Assembly (NCBI GenBank): GCA_013239625.1
Contig: MU053758.1
Coordinates: forward strand, 62,001-126,000
Reading direction: 5' to 3'
Source: Lama guanicoe
Taxonomy: Eukaryota
Length of the DNA stretch: 64,000 nucleotides
This document shows, piece after piece, positions 13,465 to 25,650 of the stretch; positions within the stretch are counted from its first letter, which is position 1, and the number at the start of each line of letters is the position of its first letter. Both the position numbers and the translations under genes were made by a program. The notes beneath the pieces were generated by a model. That model saw only the letters and a program-made list of their open reading frames with translations, made no database searches and was not told where the DNA came from.

Positions 13465-16305
13465 CTGCATTAGTTAGGTTATGCTGCAGCCAATCCAGGT
13501 GGCTTGAAATAGTGAAAGATTTTTTTCTCCCTATGTGGCCATGGTAGATCAGCAAGGGAGCCCTACTCATGTCACTCAATGATCCAGGCTGATGGAAAAG
13601 CCACTTCTTGTTCACTACTGGTCACCAGGCTCAGAGGGAAAAGAAGTCCGGAGGGCCTCTCATTAGCAGTTAAATACAATAGCTCCAAAATGACTCATAT
13701 TGCTTATTTCACAACATGATGGCCAGAAGTAGTCCTTTAGTCCCACGTAGCTACGCAGGGTAAGGAAACACAGCACTGCCTGTGCCAGGGAGACCACTGA
13801 AAATATTGATAAACAGCACCATCCTTTTGATCATCAGATACTCAGTCTACTCTCTCTCACAGGCAAAATACACTCACTTCCTCCCCACAGTAAGGGAACC
13901 CCAAGGTCCTCACCAGTCATGGCATCAAGCTTGAAGTCCAGGATCTCTGAGTGAGGGCGTGATGACTAGTGGTCTGTTCATAAGGAGATGATGCCCTTTT
14001 CGATCATAGAACTATGAAGGAAATTGACAGATAGTTTGTTGAGCTCACATACAATGTACAATGGTGACTAGCAACAGAATGGTAAAAAATAAATACTCCC
14101 CTTTGAAAGGGGGAAGAACAGGAGCATTTAGTGGACGGCAGCAAATTCTGCAGTTCCTCTGAGCAGTCACTGAGAGGGCCTTTCCAGGGGTGGGGAATGA
14201 TGTGGAAGAAACCCCAACTTGAGTCCTTAGCTCTTTAGTAGTAGTTCACTTGTCTGTTTTTGTTTTTGTTTTTGTTTTTGTTTTCTTTTGCTCTGTAGCT
14301 AATCCTCTTTGACCTCCTCCTTCTCCTTCTTTCTTTTTTTCCCTGTTATTTCCTATTATGTTCCAAATGGACCATAGGACGATTCCCTTTCAGGAGGATG
14401 AACAGCTTTCTTAGCCCACTTCCTGCCATAGATGCTTGAGAACCCAAAGGTCATTTTAATAAGTCTTAAGCCCAGGCTGGTGGTTCTTTTGGCTGTATAA
14501 CTCTCAAAAACTTGGTTGGCTTTTTATTTCTTTGTTTCTAGTCAGTTCCGTGTGCCCTAGCTGCATTCACAGTTCTCTTCTAACCATGCTTCATAGATTT
14601 GCTGCGTGTCCCTGCCTTAGTGGTCCCATACTTCTTCCTTGACCTGATTTTGAGTACAGATATTTCTGCTATAATGCCATATATGCTTTCCTGAATTCTA
14701 CAGAATTGTACACCAAAATAAACAGGACTTAAGGGAAAAATAGGATTGGGCAGACCACTCAAAAACTGAAACACTGTAACCAGTGCACTAATAAGAACAA
14801 AATTAATTAAAATAAAACAGTAGCATATTACATGTCTACTGGCACATGCACTCAGTGTCAATCAGTTGAAGCTTTACGGACTCAGTCCCTTGGTTGGTTG
14901 TTTCCTCCTCTGAGGTTTTGGGGTCTTGAAGACATTTACTTACAATAGAGACTAGTCTCATTACAATAAAAAATTTGATCTGTGCTATGGTGTAGGCTTC
15001 AGCAATCAAAAACTTTTTCTTTTTGAAACACAGGAGGAGAAACATACCCTCAGCTTCACTGGATCTAAAGTAGAAAGCGCAGTGGTTCAAGAAGTTGCTG
15101 GACCAGCCACAGCTTGTGTTAAAGGAGGATGCAGAAGTGGGATGGTTAGCTTTGTTCTTAATGTCCTCATAGATTGCTCAGGCTTTCTCTTTAACTGTGG
15201 GGATGCTTTCTCCTGATCACATCAAACAGGGAGATGGTGTACAAACCAACATGACTTCTGTGTTACGCTGACATCATTTTCATATGTACTAATCATATTT
15301 GAACTATTTGATGTCAGAGAAATATGCTTTGTAGCAAAATAGATGAAGAGACTACTTTGGTGAGAGAACCTCTCTTTAGTCTCTTTTTAGGAAAGCTGTT
15401 TTATTCAGCACCTCTAATCAATTCGGAGGTTTTATCAGTGATTGTGAAGACCAAATCTTTGACTTGATCTTGCCTCAAGACTGAATTCTAATCAGCATTT
15501 GTAGCTCAGAGATCTTCTTTTTTGTGTTAAATGCTTGCTTTTTCTAACTGTACGGATCACTGACTTTCTGGACTCCTTTTATTCCTGATTGTAAACTGAT
15601 CCATTCTTTTCTGATTTCATCCTTCTCGTGTAATAATTTGTCAAATACAGCCAACGGTAACCAACACACTCTCTTAATAGTCCGTTTCCCCACCAGAGCT
15701 GTAAGTTCTTGTGGCATATTAGCTGTCTTCTGAGATAATTAGGTGATAGTTTCACCACTGCACAGTATGAGTTGCTATCCTTTTAGCCTCCAATAACTTT
15801 TTCCTTGCCTCCTTCCACCCAGCTCCTGCGCCTTTGCCATATACGTTAGGTTTTTTGAAGAGGCAGCACCACACTTCTGGATTCCACCTGTATCAGCTGG
15901 CATAGACCAGGTTATGCTGCAGTAGTAAACAATGCAAGATCTCAGTGGCTTTAAAAACACATTCTGCATCAGATTACATAAAAAAACAAAATTGAAAAAA
16001 AAAATCCACACTCTATGCATGTCCTATAGGTCATTTTGTTGCTCAGGCACCCAGGTTGATAGCAGTGGGAGCAGTCATCACCCCGAGGATTGCTGGTCCC
16101 TGTCACGGAAGGAAAAGAGGGCTGGAGGGTCTCATATTGCTTTTCCATGTGTCACTTCTACTTCTGCTGTAGGGGCTGGAAGTAGTCACACAGCCCCACC
16201 CAACTACAGGGGAGGGGACAGGGTCAGAAAGTGCAGTCCTGTCACGTGCCCAGAAGGCAGAGGGCCAGGGGCATTTGGGAAGAATGCATTAATGACTACC
16301 ACAGA
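13465..16305 (-). mobile_element. Two-LTR MaLR (MLT1-type) element with internal sequence
   Basis: Similar MLT1-like LTRs at about 13465-13820 and 15890-16305 (both begin ...aggttatgctgcag on +); LTR-internal junction motif cagcaccacacttctggattccacctgtatcag near 15865-15895. Confidence 0.6.
14254..14284. repeat. (TTTTTG)n simple repeat
   Basis: About five tandem units. Confidence 0.85.
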
Positions 16306-16599
16306 GGATTTCCCTTCATTTATTTTCCTTCGCCTTTGTGATTTTTGTTTTACTCCTAGTTTTTGCTGGTTAACTGAATTTTACTGTCCTTCCTCCCTTG
16401 CTTAATTTGAGATAATTAATGTGGGTAAGTTTATTTACAGTACTTGTAGTTTACGTTATTTATTTCCATGGGCCATATGTTTGGGCAATACAAAATAAAG
16501 CCACTATGATTTTCCTACTTAAAATACAAGGTATGAAACTGATGCAAAAAGGTATGTGGTTACAGGAATAATTGAGTTTAAATTATCTTAGAATGTCAT

Positions 16600-16745
16600 T
16601 TATCATAGTAAAATAGACTTTCGGCTTTCGAGTCAGGCAGGTCTGAGGTCAAACCTTGCTTCTGTCATTTAATCTTTGATATGTGATCTTAGACAAATTA
16701 TTTAACGTCTCAGAGGCATAATTTCCTCTTTTGTAAATACAAAAA
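16600..16745 (+). mobile_element. MIR SINE fragment
   Basis: gagtcaggcaggtctg...tgtgatcttagacaaattatttaac...tttcctcttttgtaaa resembles the MIR core. Confidence 0.55.
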
Positions 16746-16838
16746 GTATAAATATATCTATTCAGATGTCAAGTAAAACATGGTAGCATTTATCACTACT
16801 CCTTTCTGAAATTCTAAAATGAAAGTAAAATAATTTTT

Positions 16839-16963
16839 AAATTTTTATTTTTAAAATTTGGGGGGGCGGTAATTAGGTTTATTTATTTATTTGTTTATTT
16901 ATTTAATGGAGGTTGTGGGGGTTGCATGCTAGGTATGCACTCTACCACTGAACTGTACCCTCC
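16839..16963 (-). mobile_element. Vic-1-like SINE with internal deletion
   Basis: tRNA-like head (reverse: ggagggtacagttcagtggtagagtgcatacctagcatgca), (TTTA)n tail, target-site duplication (TSD) taaaataattttt at 16826-16838 and 16964-16976. Confidence 0.8.
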
Positions 16964-18482
16964 TAAAATAATTTTTTTAAGATAAAATCCATAAGGAGAG
17001 AAAATGGATGAGAGATAATAAAAGGAATGATAGCAATAGTTGTGAATTATATATTATAATCATGATAGTGTAAGCAATAAATACTGATTTCACCAAAAAA
17101 CTTGTGAAACAACTATATTGGAAGGATGAAAGGGGAGTTGGGAGCAGTAAGGTAAGAAAACTTTAGTGGGAGACAAGTGGTAATGTCTAAAATTGAAAAA
17201 AAAGTCAAGAAATAGAAATAGAATCACCTTGTTTAGAAATATGGACGTAAGTACAAGGGGAAAGGGAAGTGGAGCAGCTGAAATGAACACTGGTCTCAGG
17301 TATGGGACTCAGATGAATGGAGCAGGCAGAAAATGGCTGTTTGGTTATAAACCTTGCAGTATATTTGATCTGTAAAAGTATGTGTGCTTTTTTTTAAGTG
17401 ATTACTTTGATAAAAAAAATTAAAAATAAGTTTAAAAATCAACCCCTAGGTTTTGTGGTGGGTGTTAAGATAGAAATAATAAATAATAAGCATGTTAACA
17501 GTGCCTATGCACATAGCAGGTATCCAGTAAATACTGGTTTCCTTCCTTTTGTCAATTAGGCAGGGTATGCGCTTGCAGTAATACGCATATGACTCAGAGG
17601 TTAGGTGGTTGGCTAAGCAGCAATGTGAGGTATGTCACAAAGCAAATTATGTACCCTTCTAATCTTTTTTTTAATGAATGGTTTTATTTTTCTTGGAACC
17701 GTATCAACCCTATGGTTACTGTTTCTTAGAATTTAGATTTCTGTGCAACTGACACATGAAAAATCATCTGGTTATTGAGTTGATCTATAGAGCTGTGCAT
17801 GGAATGAATTTTAAAATACTTAGCAACTTTGGAATTGCTCTAATAAACCTAAAAACAATAATATCTATACCTAGATTATAAATTATTTAAGGCCAGGGAC
17901 ATTTCTCTCTCTTCTATTGTTACGTCAGTTAGCTGCTTTATTTTCCTCGTCCACAGTGCCTAGCCCACTACCAACTTTATTCTGTGAGCTCTCACTGTGA
18001 CAGATGGTGGTGACTGATGTTGAAAAGAAAGCCAGCCACCATGATGTTCTTGTGTGTTTCATGGACGGCACATATTGTGTAACTAGACTGTAAACTCCTT
18101 GTGGACACAGACCGTATATTCTGCCATATCAGTACATCTGGGATAATGAATGCTACACAGTAGCAGATATTCACTTAGTCATCAAATACATACTGAACAC
18201 CGAAGTGCCAGTAGTCACTGTGCTTAACTCTGTGGATACCTTGGTGAACTGGATAGATAATGACTCCTGCTTTCTTAAAATTTACATTCTAACAAAATGT
18301 TTGTTGAGTTCATGTAACTCAGTAAAATGATGGCCCACACTGAACCATGTAAGCAGAATAAAGAATTGTGTATATAAAGAGTTTAATCACTTTAAGATAT
18401 ATTTGTTGTGTGATATAAACGCATGCTGTAAGAAGGAAATAAGTGGTATCTGATCTTTTTTCTCTTTGCTTTTTCTTTGCAG

Positions 18483-18738
18483 ATAAGATGCTACAAGTCA
18501 CTTGCAGCTCTCTTCAAAAGAAAAATCACTAGTGCTCTGCTCTTGCCACAATATCAAACCTTTTGACTTATGCTTTGGTGCTGCAACACTGGAAGAATTG
18601 CACACAGGTTCCAGGAATACCTTTTTTTCATTTGAGTGATTCCTTGTGGATGGGAAAAGATTTGAGTCTTAATAATTACCCTGTTTTAAAGCTATTTCTC
18701 TGTAGTCTGAACTGCTTAATAAATTGGGCCACTTACCC
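18483..18738 (+). other. ZNF652: ZNF652 5'UTR part of first coding exon
   Basis: Long polypyrimidine tract then AG acceptor at 18481-18482; in-frame TAG at 18703-18705 upstream of the CDS. Confidence 0.75.
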
Positions 18739-18742
18739 ATAA
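18488..18742 (+). promoter_or_regulatory. Three uORFs in the ZNF652 leader: 18488-18532 (14 aa), 18570-18635 (21 aa), 18650-18742 (30 aa)
   Basis: ATG-to-stop frames read directly: [65 protein letters not shown]. Confidence 0.6.
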
Positions 18743-18801
18743 GCCACACAGCCAGTTCTTGTCAGGAGCTGGTTGAAAACTGTGCTGTGCATGTAGCAGG
18801 G

Positions 18802-19641
18802 ATGGCACAAGAAGACAGCCGTCGTGGTCAAGTGCCATCTACCTTTTATCATGGTGCCAACCAAGAACTCGACCTGTCCACCAAAGTGTACAAAAGGGAA
18901 TCAGGAAGTCCTTATTCTGTGTTAGTGGACACCAAGATGAGCAAACCGCATCTCCACGAAACAGAGGAACAGCCGTTTTTCAGGGAGACAAGAGCAGTGT
19001 CTGACGTGCATGCTGTTAAAGAAGACCGGGAGAATTCTGATGACACAGAGGAGGAGGAGGAAGAGGAAGTCTCTTACAAAAGGGAGCAGATCATAGTGGA
19101 GGTAAACCTTAATAATCAAACATTAAATGTATCTAAAGGGGAAAAGGGTGTCTCTTCTCAGTCCAAAGAGACTCCTGTTCTTAAGACAAGCAGTGAGGAG
19201 GAAGAGGAAGAGAGTGAGGAAGAGGCCACTGATGACAGCAATGACTATGGCGAGAACGAAAGGCAGAAGAAAAAGGAGAAGATAGTGGAGAAGGTCAGCG
19301 TTACACAAAGGAGAACCAGGAGAGCTGCCTCTGTTGCCGCAGCTGCCACCTCCCCCACTCCCAGAACTACGAGAGGTCGTAGGAAGAGTGTAGAGCCACC
19401 TAAGCGTAAGAAGCGGGCCACAAAGGAGCCCAGAGCACCAGTCCAGAAAGCTAAGTGTGAAGAGAAAGAGACTCTGACCTGTGAGAAGTGCCCCAGGGTG
19501 TTTAATACTCGCTGGTACCTGGAGAAGCACATGAACGTTACTCATAGGCGCATGCAGATTTGTGATAAGTGTGGCAAGAAGTTTGTCCTGGAAAGTGAGC
19601 TGTCCCTTCACCAGCAAACAGACTGTGAAAAAAATATTCAG
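18802..19641 (+). CDS. ZNF652: Zinc finger protein 652, first coding exon (first in-frame ATG 18802; homology extends up to ATA at 18739)
   Basis: Translation [32 protein letters not shown]...CEKNIQ recognisable as ZNF652; poly-Glu tracts, basic NLS-like KRKKR, first two fingers; donor CAG|GTAGGT at 19641/19642. Confidence 0.95.
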
Positions 19642-21966
19642 GTAGGTTTCATCACCAAGAGGGCACACTTTCCAGGATAGAACCTGGCCTTTCAGACTCA
19701 CCTGGTATCTGCCCAAGAGAATAAATACAATAGAGGCTGAAGGGACAGTTTTCACCAATTTATCTTTTTAAAAGCCCCTGCTTTGGTCTTTTCAAAACCC
19801 AGGCTTAACATTTCTTTCAAAAGCATTGAATTTAACTGATGCTGGACTAGTGGGACCCAGGTATATTGGAAGGGGGATCTGTTGCAGGTGATTGACCAGG
19901 AGGTAAAGTCAACACCGACTTTGCACTGAGATTTACTCTTGTAAGAACTGTAAAATAATTCATTCTGGCATCTTCTTTGTCAAGGTGGGAGATAGCAAGT
20001 AAAGTCAGTTGTACAGAGAGGTCCTTTTCTAAGGTTTAAAAGGATGCCAGAGTCTAGTGCAGTTGATGGGGACAAAAACTTTAATGACTCAGACTGGTGG
20101 AAATGGAAGATCTCCAGGAGGGAGTTTGCTTTTACCAGTGGAGAGATGACAACACTAAATTTGTCAAGAGGCTGAGCCCATGGGAATATGCAAACTTTAA
20201 CCAGAGGCTAAGCTGGTGGAAAATGTGGCCCACCTGGCAGTAGGGTTCCGTAAAGATACGGTGCAATATTGTTAAGGTCACAAAACCTGGTCTCCAAACC
20301 AGGCTGGTGCCTTGAAAGGACTATGCTGTGATAGGTTAAGAGGTTTGCTAATTATATTATGTTGAGTGAATTGTATTATGTTGAGCTATATTGATTTACA
20401 CATATGAATGCATATTAATATTCATAAAAGGTAAGTCTGTTAATGTCTCCAAAAGATACATAAAATATAAATATTCTGTACCATATTTAATGTAAACTTC
20501 CTTCAAAAGATGAAGTTGTTTTGTTTTGATGTGTTTCTTGCAGTACTCCTAAGTTAGAGTGCTCCTTATTTTTCACTTTTCCTTCTTGCTTTTAATCAAC
20601 ACCTGAGATCATTGCTTTACTTTAGAGATTTTTTAAAAATATAAATTACATTTGCTAAGAATTCACTGCTGTTTGATTGTCAGTTGTGACTTGATCTCTG
20701 ACATGCTTGGTAAATAAAGAAGATTGAATCCTGGCCTCTACCCTCCAGCGCTGCCGGCGCCGCGGCTTGGTTAGGAGTCAGGCCAAGGGGAGGTGGTGCT
20801 GTGCTGCACCCTAGGGGCCAAACTTGGTTCTGTAACATTCATTGCTGAAAAGGTGTATACTGATCTTGATGTTTATAGTTTTTTAAAACTTAAACTTGCA
20901 TTATTAAATACAAGAAAGAAAACATTCAATAAATCCTTTTTCTGTGACTTTCTTCACTATTCCTCACAATAATACATTTAAACTTGTATTTAGTTTTGTT
21001 TTAACTCTCTGTATTCCTAATCCTCATGACCTAGTAACAAGTAAAAATTAAAACTGGACCCTGCAAAATGGCTTATAGGATTGTCTGTCCTTTTCTCAAG
21101 CAATATCCAACCAGAGGCTTATCTTTGAGACTCTTCTCAGAGTCCTTATTTCCTAAAGTGACAAATAAAGGTTTTCAGAGGTCTTTATTTACAATGAAAA
21201 CAAGTTCCCTTAACTATCCTAGAGTCTGATGGTTACCTAGAACTTCCTGGTATTGTTTTTAACCAGAAGTATTTTACTTCGATACATGTTACAACACCCT
21301 GGGCTAGTCATGATCCGTGGAGCTAGGCGGGTCTGCCCATGTCTGCTGCAGATGCATGTACAAGGCACCTGGAGCTGGGCTCTCGGGGAAAAGGGAGGGG
21401 GATACCAGCAGTGAGGGGTTGTATTAAATTCTGCCAGAGGGAAATGTTTAATAGAGAAAATTAGATTAGAGGGAATATAATAAAGTCTTACTAATTTATA
21501 TTAACGAAGGCTCCAAATGCATTCTTTAAGGTACAAAAGCATTGTTTTACTTCTGTAGATCTAGAACCATTAACGTATGTTTTGTTTTATCATGTTTTTA
21601 TTTATGCTAATTTAAAATTAGTTTGTACTTTCTGGTAAACACCTATTAGCTGCGTAGTGACCCATGTGTAGGAAACAGCTGCTCTTGGTAATCATATATT
21701 AAAAACTTGAAAGTTCTTTTCAAAGATACAATATTAATTTCATAAGAAGGAGTCAGTTCTTTGATATTAGTGGAACTTTCCTTTTTGTCTTACTTTTTGT
21801 GTGTTTCCATGCTCCCAAAGTGTCTCTAAAAACTTCGTCTTGGAAAATAGAACATAAGGATGTTGGTGTTGTAATCTGGACTTCATGGCGGAATAATTAT
21901 TAGTCTGGATTCTGGCCTGTGCCACTAATCTAAAGCACACCCATTTTATACCGGCAGGCCCCGTAA

Positions 21967-22290
<324 letters not shown>

Positions 22291-22445
22291 TAAGCATCAC
22301 CAGATTGGATGGTGGAGTCTTCCACACCCAGGTTTCTTTTTAACATTGTTATTTATTTTTTCCTTCAGAACGTTGCTATTAACGCCTCACACGTTAGAGC
22401 GTTAGAGCGTAGTAAATTAAGATGGCCTGACCACTTTTACAGTAG

Positions 22446-22688
<243 letters not shown>

Positions 22689-23095
22689 TGAGCAGTGAGG
22701 GAGGTGTGCCTAGTGCAAGGCACAAGGCTGTGTTTCCACAGGCCGTCAGATATGTGCTCTGAGCGCTGTGTGTCATCTCACTGCCAGGTAGAGAGTGGTC
22801 ATTTTTAACACACTGTTAACTCTCTTGGATTAGGTTAAACTTGGGACTAACACATGGTGAGTTATTTTACTTTTCTCAGTAATTCAGAGAAGTTGGATAT
22901 ACTTCAGTGATAATTATTTGAGAGATTTTCCCTTTTACTGATAACTCAGCTGGAGAAATATACCAGAACCAAATAGTGACACAAGCAAGTTCTGTTTTGA
23001 GTGTGAAAAGTAAACCTAATCTCAGACTGTGTAGGGTGGGCGCAAGTGAAGCTGCTGTGCTTGGCATTCAAATATCTCCACTGTGTCCAATGCAG

Positions 23096-23240
23096 AATTG
23101 TGACGAGAGGTTTCAGTACAAGTACCAGCTACGCTCCCACATGAGCATCCACATTGGGCACAAACAGTTCATGTGCCAGTGGTGTGGCAAGGATTTCAAC
23201 ATGAAGCAGTACTTCGACGAACACATGAAAACACACACTG
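23096..23240 (+). CDS. ZNF652: ZNF652 coding exon 4 (145 nt)
   Basis: tgcag|AAT acceptor; [55 protein letters not shown] donor. Confidence 0.95.
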
Positions 23241-25169
23241 GTAAGAATTTCTTGGGAAAGGTACAAATATGTCTCAAGTGCTTGTTGATGATCACCTGTG
23301 AGTCTGTTTATTTAAAAATCTAAACCACAAATCTGCATTCTAAGTGCAAATTCCACTTTAAATAAACCTAGTATATAAAAATATGGATTTATAGTACTGA
23401 AATACTAGGCTTTCATAACTATTGGAAAAAGAATTGTTAGTGCCTTTTAACTGTGGGTTACTTCAAAGAAATGGACTCTTTATTTGGGGCACAGGATCTC
23501 CTGAGATTGTATGAAACTTGTTTTGTGTGTGTGCATATGTTAGTTTTCTAAGGAAAGGGTTCTTTCTGGACCTTTAAAAAAAATGGAGGATATTGACTGC
23601 TTTTAATAGAGTACTCTCTCAGTATTCTTAAAATTTGATTGGGTTAGATTTATCAAAAGTCACTACTTTTCACAAACACATCCATTAAAAGAGGTTAAAT
23701 AATATTTTAACCGCTTTGTGTTTTCAGACATATATGTTTCATAGCACAGATTGGAGTCTTGTAAACATTCAGTCAGCCAGCCTCCAAGAAGCTGTTTAGA
23801 GTAACAGCCCCTGTGAACACTGGAGCATCGTATCTCAGTCCAACTTGGCGCTCTGGAATTAGCTGTCTTTGCACAAATTGAATAGTATGAAATATTTTAA
23901 AAGTTTCTAAATAAAATCTAATCACAGGATTCCAGGTACTATTAGTCTGCAGAGTGGCAGAGCTAGAAAGTGCCGCAAGCGGTTATCTTGCTTGGCCTGC
24001 TTAGCTAGTGGTGAGACATTCTGCCATGGCTGGAGCTCTGCAGTTCCCATTTCTCTATTGAAATCCAAAGAAAAACGCCTGCCTGATGGCAGAAAAGAGC
24101 ATCTTAGATTTTAAGGGTTAAGATCAAGGAAGAGTCATGAGAGGAGTTCAAATAAATTACATCTCAGGAGGTAATAATAACTTTGAAGCCTAAATGAATA
24201 GCAGGATATATCAGAGTGTTTAACAAGTTCTCATCTTATAATCTGGTGGCTCTTGGATAGGCTCTGAGTTCTGAGTCATTTTTAAGATTGCAGTTTTTTG
24301 TTAATTCAGCAGGAACCTATGGAACTAGGCAGAAAATAAGTTTTTTTGAAGACAGGAGTTATGTCACATTTACACACAGTGCTTGGCACATAGTAGATAC
24401 CCAGTAAATGTTTGTCACAAGATTGGAAGGAACCGCCAGCCACTTAAGCCTCTGTCTCTGCTCTCACCTCCTCTTCTCTGCATGTCTCCCTGTGCCTCTT
24501 TCTCTCCCATCCTCCCTCTCTCCTTCTCCTGCATTTCTTTCTCTTTCTTCCTTCCCCTTTGTCCTTCTTTGTTTCTTCAGACCCTTAAATGTCCATAATA
24601 GGAAACCAAAGTGTATATTCCATGATTAATGTATTCATTGAATAAAATTTTATGTTGAGTATTCTTCTTTGACCAGATAGGTAAGCTAAACATTTCCCAT
24701 TTCTTCTAAAGGAATACAGCCATCTAAATTCACTTAAATTTTTATTCTTTTCATTAAAAGAGTAGACAGACTTATTAAAGTGTATTAGAAAATATGAAAA
24801 TTGAAATGATCTATAATCTTATCACTGAGAGATCACTACTGTTAACATTTAGACATGCATTTAAAAATACCTTTGTTTCTTAATACACATATAGATAAAT
24901 AACATGCATAAGTATTTATGTGCTCAGATATATAGTAATAAAACAAAAACTGGGTCTTTACACTCTATTATAACCTTTTTATTTTACTGTATTGTGTCAT
25001 TAACAGCAGTATCATTTTAATGGTTGTGTAATATTCCTTCTTATAAATTTGCTATAGTAGTAGCCATCATTTATTATGCACATATATGCAAGGTCTTTAC
25101 ATTATCTCATTTAATCAATATAACGTTCCAGTAATCCTCTAAAGTAAAGGATGTTATGTCCATTTTATT

Positions 25170-25650
25170 TAGCCAGTTCCTGATTAGACATTTAGGTTAT
25201 TTCTATTTCCAATTGTTCTACTATTATAAATAATACTATAATAAACAACTTCATGGCTAACACATCCAGTCTTGGTGGTGTGTATTGCAAAATAGCTATC
25301 TACATACACTCTTACCAGCTGTGCATGAAAATACCCATTTTTCCAACCCTTTCCAATGCTAAATAAAGTCATTGTTGATTTCATAGGTGGAAAATGGTTT
25401 CTTATTGTACTAATTTGCACTTAATTGCTAAGACTGAATTTCTTTCATAGGCTCATTGGTTGTCAGTATATTTTTTGAATTGCTTGTGCTTTTTCTGTAT
25501 TATTCTTTCCATTGCAGTGTTTGACTTTTTCTTATTGTTTATGATAGTTCTTTATATAATAGCTCTTTGTATATTTTATATATACTAGACCACGTTTAAC
25601 ACTGATATTGAAATATTTTCCCCTGGTTTGTCATCTGCCTTTTAATATTG
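25170..25650 (-). mobile_element. Highly decayed L1 (L1ME/MC-like) fragment
   Basis: gacatttaggttattttctatt, aaaatggtttcttattgtactaatttgcactt. Confidence 0.55.

Noticed and set aside
19642..19680. ORF-track extension [12 protein letters not shown]
   Set aside because: Read-through past the GT donor into the intron.
19123..19758. 211-aa antisense ORF over the first ZNF652 coding exon
   Set aside because: Mirror of purine-rich Glu/Lys codons giving Leu/Phe/Ser-rich text; no independent evidence.
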